Part shown: positions 57,929 through 64,000 of the stretch, piece by piece
Position numbering within the stretch: position 1 is the first letter of the stretch
Layout: each line of letters begins with the position of its first letter
NCBI RefSeq assembly: GCF_009914755.1
Contig: NC_060933.1
DNA length: 64,000 nucleotides
Reading direction: 5' to 3' (one strand)
Origin: the human T2T-CHM13v2.0 reference genome, Homo sapiens
Translations under genes and position numbers: made by a program
Notes under the pieces: generated by a model
Database searches by the model: none
Told to the model about the DNA's origin: nothing
Seen by the model: only the letters and a program-made list of their open reading frames with translations

Positions 57929-58304
57929 TGTATTAGTCTGTTCTCGCACTGCTATAAAGAACTACCTGAGACTGGTAATTTATGAAGAAAAGATGTTTAA
58001 TTGACTCACAGCTCCTCAGGCTATACAAGAAGCATCACTGGGGAGGCCTCAGGAAACTTACAATCATGTCAGAGCAAAGATGAAGCAAGAATCTTCTTCA
58101 CATGGCAGAGCAGGAGGAACAGGCGAAGGAGGAAGGGCTACACACTTTTAAACAACCAGATCTCATGAGAACTCACTACCACAAGAATAGCAAGGGGAAA
58201 ATCGCCCCCGTGATCCAATCACCTCCTACCAGGTCCCTCCCCAAACATTGGGGATTACGATTCAATGTGCGATTTGAGTGGAAACACAGAGCCAAACCAT
58301 ATCA
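57929..58304 (-). mobile_element. MaLR solo LTR (MSTA-like)
   Basis: tgtattagtctgttctcgcactgctataaagaactacctgagact...cagagccaaaccatatca; TSD gccac. Confidence 0.9.
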
Positions 58305-60816
58305 GCCACAATTCACATACACTTAGAACATTGCAAAGACAACATTGTATGCTCATCGCAGTCCAGCCTGATATCCTTTCCAATAAAATGACTCAAGATT
58401 TATATCCAGTGGTTTATAAAGATCAAAAACATTGCTTCTCCCAGAAAAATATCTCGTAAAAGAAATCAGGCATTTACTGCAAAGCCTTCTTCCTCAGAGG
58501 CACTGAAGATGATGCCTTATGCAACAAAGCTCATCTAGCAGCCTCAGCAAGGAGAAGCAGCCTTGAAACCACAGTAAGTAGATCTGAGATTCTCATGAGA
58601 TTTAGTCACATTCCAAACTCATTAGAGAAATGGAAGCATATACAGAGTTATAAGAAAAAAAATTCTGTACAGAAGGTACGAATTCTTTCTATTCTATAGT
58701 AGCATCAGAATAAATTGTTTTGGTTCATAACGACTAAAATATAAAATAACCAAATAATTATTTCCACTTAATCATTCAAACTATGTTCAGATACATATTT
58801 TCACTCTTGGAAGTATAAAGCCATATCCAAAGGAATATTCATTATTAATTTTACACCTTTCTTGAAATAAATCTCAGAAATCTCTATACAGCTCAAAATC
58901 AACATCACAAACTTTTGTTCTCTTACAGCCTGTGCACATAGCTTGACAGTTCTTCAGCTTCCAAATTTGCAGAACCAGCACTTCAAAATGAGAGGTAATA
59001 AATCCACCAGAGACCCTCCAAGAAAAGCCCATTCCTCACCCAAAGCAAAGCCAAGAAAAGTATCATGGTGACCCCAGGAGTACACACTCTAGTCAAGACA
59101 GATGTTTTTCTCATAGTCCTAATTTTAAGAGAACAAGTATCTATTTACAATAAAAAAAAAAAAATAAGACATGAAGCAACCATCCAAATAAGCTCAGCAA
59201 AAATTAGGCTTGTGTTTTCTTTAGCCTGTACTTTCCAGATGGCCATTTCATTCATTCACCTATTGTAATGATAGGGCTTAATTTAAAACCCAATTTAGAA
59301 AGGATACACTAATATACAATAAACAGACATACCAATGAAACATAATTATGAAAATATATAAAGCATATTTACAAAGGATATACTATTCAAACACTAGGGA
59401 GGAGACAAGTAGTTGGAAAACAAATTTGAATTCCTGCATTATAGAACATATCAAATGGATAAAAAATCTAATTTTAAAACATATGAAGTATTAAAGGGAA
59501 ATCCAGATCATTCATTTTATAAATCTGAAGTGAAGAAAGCCTATCTAAGCATGACACCATTTAATGATAGAAGAAAAGATAGGTTTGACTACACCATAAA
59601 CAGTCTCTAGAACAAAATCTTCATCCTAAAAAATAAATCTAATTAGTAAATTCGCTAATTAAATATTTTATTAGAAATATCTTTATACCAAATAATATTT
59701 GACATGTTTCAAAAATATATATCAATATTTCACCGTTAAAAATATCTACATAAGAAAATAATAGAAATAAAACAGGTTGAAGATGAAATGAATTGTGAAT
59801 GAAGTCACAAAACCATACCAACAGATACTAACTTAATATGGACTACATACATTGCTTTGTCCTAAGCTCTCTTCTATTTAAACACTCCCACCTGAAATAT
59901 ATTTCCTACTCTAAATTATCTCAAATCTCTACTATGATTTAACAGGACTTAACACTTGTAAGAGGTCCAAGATGACACACACCTAAAAACTTATGTCTAC
60001 ATCCTTATGACAAATTCAATTTTGGTCAATATGGTAGCACCCTTTTAAAACATGTTTCATATGGGTTTTGATCTATAATGGATTCTTTCTAAACTAATAT
60101 CTACTGGGGGAGAGTGAGAGCATTTATAATATACTTAGAGAAAAATATCAATATTTTCAACTATATGAGGTGGAATAAGAAAAATTGCTAGGATAGATCA
60201 GAATAATTTTCAACGCATATTTCAATTGCGAATAACTGGACAATTCTAAAATACTTAGAAGTGCCCCAAACGTTCTGGGCATTTGGTTTTTTTCTATGTG
60301 TATTTTTATAATGAAATAATACAAACAAATTATATAAAAATGGGGAAAATAAGGAGAAATTATATATAATTCCACCACATATACGAACCAATGTCAAACA
60401 TTTTATTTATTTTCTTCCAACATTGTTCTCATTTGTATCTGCCTGGGTCTAAGAATTTTAACATCTACTCTGCAATCTTGTTTATAATTTCCTCTATGAG
60501 AAAAAGGATTTTCTAAGCTAGCACCAGCTCTATCAGAGTAATCACCAATTCTAAATCAGAAAAAGTCCAAGGTAATGAGATTTTACCATATCACAGAGAA
60601 AATCTTGGGCACCCAAAGTGTAATACTCTTGTATAGTAAATGCCTCAGAGAATGTGTTTAACCTATGACATTGGGGTTAAAATAGTTAACAAAAAAATGT
60701 AATTAAGACCTCCTATTACATGGCCCTTTTTTTCTTCTTTTGCTTCTTAGCACTATTTCTGGCTATTTTTTAAAGAAACATTTCTTATCAGGCAGCTTCA
60801 CAGACTAGCAACTTAC

Positions 60817-60933
60817 CCAGGGCCAATCCAAAAAGTAACTCTTATGTTTTAGATTCAGTTTCTTCTTTCTGTTTGCCTATTTTTAGGTAGCATGATATAT
60901 GAAGAATGTAAACCTTTTTAAAATTTGTATAGG
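60817..60933 (-). other. Candidate 117-nt non-coding exon
   Basis: Minus strand: tacctttgatttttcag|CCTATAC...GCCCTGG|gtaagt; stops in all three frames. Confidence 0.3.
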
Positions 60934-62099
60934 CTGAAAAATCAAAGGTAATTATCTACAAGTCTTCTGAAACTTGTGGGCACTTAAACAGATTCAGTCA
61001 TCTGTGTACGAGATCTGCACATAACTAGTAGTGACATTTTACAAATGCAACTGGTCCAAATGTTATAAAAACTGATCGTAAGGCTGTGTTAGTAAAATAT
61101 TCAACTTAGTGTGAGAGAAATATCATGTTTTTTCCCACATAAAATATAGTTATACTTCTCCAATACATGAGGAACTCTATGCAATTTCTGACTGAGTAGG
61201 AAAACGCATATTTCTTATAAAATTGCTACTGTTTTCTACCCTTCCATCATAATTTCACATGCACACACACATGGAAATTGTTTAAATTGAATTAATTTGC
61301 ATCTATGTTTTCTGGAAGTTTGACTCCCCCCAATTTTACTTTATTTAATTAATGTCATAGTGTTATCAACAAATTAGATGAAAATTTTTTTCTCTTAAGA
61401 ATAAAATAATTCTAAAACTTGCTGTCTTATCTTAAAGACATAAACCCTGATTGATTTGAAAACTCAATCAAGTGAACACACAAAAGCTGAATTAGAACAC
61501 CAAGGCAGGTATACTTATACCATAACCAGTTATGCAAATCAAAGATGTCCTCACGAACATCTCATATTCTTTATTCTAATCACTGTATATCAGACTACGC
61601 AGAGAAGCCCTGACAGATGCTGTAATTACATTTCACAAGGAGTTGCCAGGACAAAGACATGGTACAGTATGGCAACAGCTTCACAGAAGTTAATAGCCCT
61701 GGTTCCACCACTGACTATCTGTACAAGTGATCTTGAAATAGTCCTTCAACTTTTGGGCTGTGAGTCTATGAAAAGTACTAACATGACACAGATCCAGAAA
61801 CTATTCAAACAAAATCAAAAAATAAAAAAAAAAAAAGTGCATCAAGGGTTCTGAAAAATGAAAAGCCCTGTGACTTCAAATGCTTTCTGGATAAGCTTTC
61901 TCAAGTAGTAGTAGATGGAGCGGAAATTTTCTGATTTGCAAGCAACGCTCAAAATGAAATGGCTTGCCAATTTTTTTCAGGGGATGGGTGGTGGGGGACA
62001 TTTATCGTCTTCCGATTCCAGGCAGACAAGCAGATGAAATTCCTTCCACAGCACTTCTTATCTCGACCCAAGTGCTTCTCTTTATTTTTTCTTTCTTTC

Positions 62100-62199
62100 T
62101 TTATTTTTCTAAAATCACTTTTACTTCAAGCTTTGTTTTCTCCAACTTGTCCTATGAAGAAAACAAAGGTTGAAGTAAAAGTGATTTTAGAAAAATAAA
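62100..62199. repeat. 42-bp inverted repeat (1 mismatch) with 16-nt loop
   Basis: tttatttttctaaaatcacttttacttcaaGctttgttttct (62100-62141) / agaaaacaaagGttgaagtaaaagtgattttagaaaaataaa (62158-62199). Confidence 0.95.
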
Positions 62200-64000
62200 A
62201 GTGGTTGAGGTTCCGATTCTGACCTGTGCGGAATAACAGGGAGAGGAGGGGTGAGCACAGTACAGACAGGGAGTCTTTCCATGATGGTCCCCACCTCAGG
62301 TATTTTCCTGATGTTTCAGAGGGTTACTCTTAATAAGCCATCCTCACCTCAAAAAAAAGAAACAAAAAAACGACGGTGTGAAGTAGTCAGTTCTTCACTG
62401 CAGAATTATTCATGACAAAAATGGAAAAACCAACAATCCAATTTTCTGTTCTTCATTCACTGAGATTCAGTGGGCAGTAGTGTTTCGCAGAAAGTACTTC
62501 AGAAAATATGAAGATAATTTCCTCATATTCCATACCATCAATTAGTTTCTATTTCAAAATGGATTTTCCTGCCCTCCAAAAAAAGTCAGTTCTCATTTAC
62601 TTTAATCTCTTTATAGTTGTCCTTCCTCTTTAGCTAGAAAGTATTTCCTTGATGTTAGGTATCTGCCAACTTGGACAGCTAAAGACCAAAGCTGGCAGAG
62701 ATACATCATTGTCATCTCTATGTTTCATTTTCCCAGAACCCAGCATGGGGAAAAAAATAAAAAATAAAAACCTATTTTCACATGCAACTGACACTAGCTC
62801 AGTTGCTGAGATTAGCTCGTGAGTGTGGGGGAAACGTGTACCAGTTCCCTTTCATATATGTATCCTTTTTATCCTCTTCCATCTGCAACTCAATGGATAG
62901 AAAATGTGATGGGTTGGAGAAATCTGTTCATTCTGGTAAAACTGTCTGGAGGTGTCAAGGCTAAGAATAGTCATAGGCTGACATTAAATAGTAGGGACAC
63001 ATGCTGAGCTGGCTCACCCAAAGCTGGTGTCTACAGCAGCACGCTAAATTAGAATTCAGATGGGAGACATTTTTTAGAATATTCTTGGGTCTGATTACTC
63101 AAGGACATTTCAATTTAGAGATGCAATGTGGCCCCTGGGGGTATGAATTCCCATGAGCCAGGCTGATTCAGGTGCTCTTAAGAATTATCTTTAAACCAGA
63201 ACACAGAATAGACAACTATCATAATAACCTTCTTCCTATCATTCAGTAAGGGTATTCTCTCTGAACACAGAGGCAGGATGCACACAGGGCAAGCAGGTTA
63301 AGCAATAAAGCAAATCTAAAAGAAACTATAATGCTTTCTGAGGTTATGGAGCAATTCTGTCCTTTGAAGATTTCCAGCTTGCAGATTTGTCTCTCTGAGA
63401 GCTTAGCTGATTCAAATCTTGGCAACATCCAAATTCAGCCTAGATTGAATATATGTCTAAATCTGTGACACCATAAATGTCACAATTATGGCAAAAATAT
63501 CCATTTCCTTTGGAAACCATGTTTCACTTCCAGTCATTGCTCCTTTAAATGAATTGCACATGTTTAGACTTAGATGCCCCAGTGGTTAAACTGATAGATA
63601 TAAAAAAGGACAGGTCACTCTTTCAGTCCTATTTGAGAAACAATTTGTAGATATAACCGTTCTTCTACTCTGAAGTTTTTTTCTGAGTTCTCTATTAAAA
63701 AGAGATCTTTCCTATGCCTTCACTTTTTACCAAACTGCTATTTAAGTCTGTTTTCTTTCACAAACTACCAAACAAGTTTCTTCAAAGAGATGTGTTAATT
63801 CACATACTTGTGGGGCAAGGAGCCTTAGGCTTGAGAGCTCATGTGGCATTCAAGTACATAACCCTGCCTCCAGGCAGGACCCTGCCAAAAACCTATCAAA
63901 AGAATGGAAAGTGCAACCCGCCTTCTAGAGCTGGAGGAAAGAAATTTTCAGTGATTCCAATGTTTAGACACCCCATGTTGCTATCTACATGCCTAAAAGG

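Noticed and set aside
61456-61854. 132-aa plus-strand ORF
   Set aside because: Non-ATG start, partly MIR-like and poly-A-derived sequence, no recognisable domain.
63128-63143. Possible CTCF site (ggcccctggggg)
   Set aside because: The spacing does not fit the CTCF core; at best an EBF-like palindrome with no supporting context.

Overview
This is AT-rich, CpG-poor primate DNA. AluY and an L1PA2/3-type 3' end point to human or great ape. It is intronic or intergenic and dominated by transposable elements: one near-full-length but internally deleted L1PA7/8-like element, several L1 fragments, eight Alu/Alu-monomer copies, MaLR and ERVL solo LTRs, L2/MIR remnants and hAT MITEs. There is no CpG island, tRNA/rRNA gene, CRISPR array or recognisable intact protein-coding gene, and the ORF track is L1/Alu debris or noise. 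I found no convincing novel 'system'. The most interesting signals are: (i) minus-strand splice-site-flanked segments (17, 21, 45 and 80 nt) plus a terminal-exon candidate with poly(A) signals, which join into one open 70-codon frame that I cannot assign to a gene; (ii) three long near-perfect inverted repeats (1754-1808, 35944-36011, 62100-62199), one overlapping the putative poly(A) site; (iii) unusual L1 architectures: an in-frame ORF1-ORF2 fusion by microhomology deletion, a compound L1 under one TSD, a poly(A)-less internally primed L1 with TSD, and an old twin-priming inversion. Repeat subfamily names were assigned by eye from remembered consensus sequences and need RepeatMasker/Dfam confirmation.
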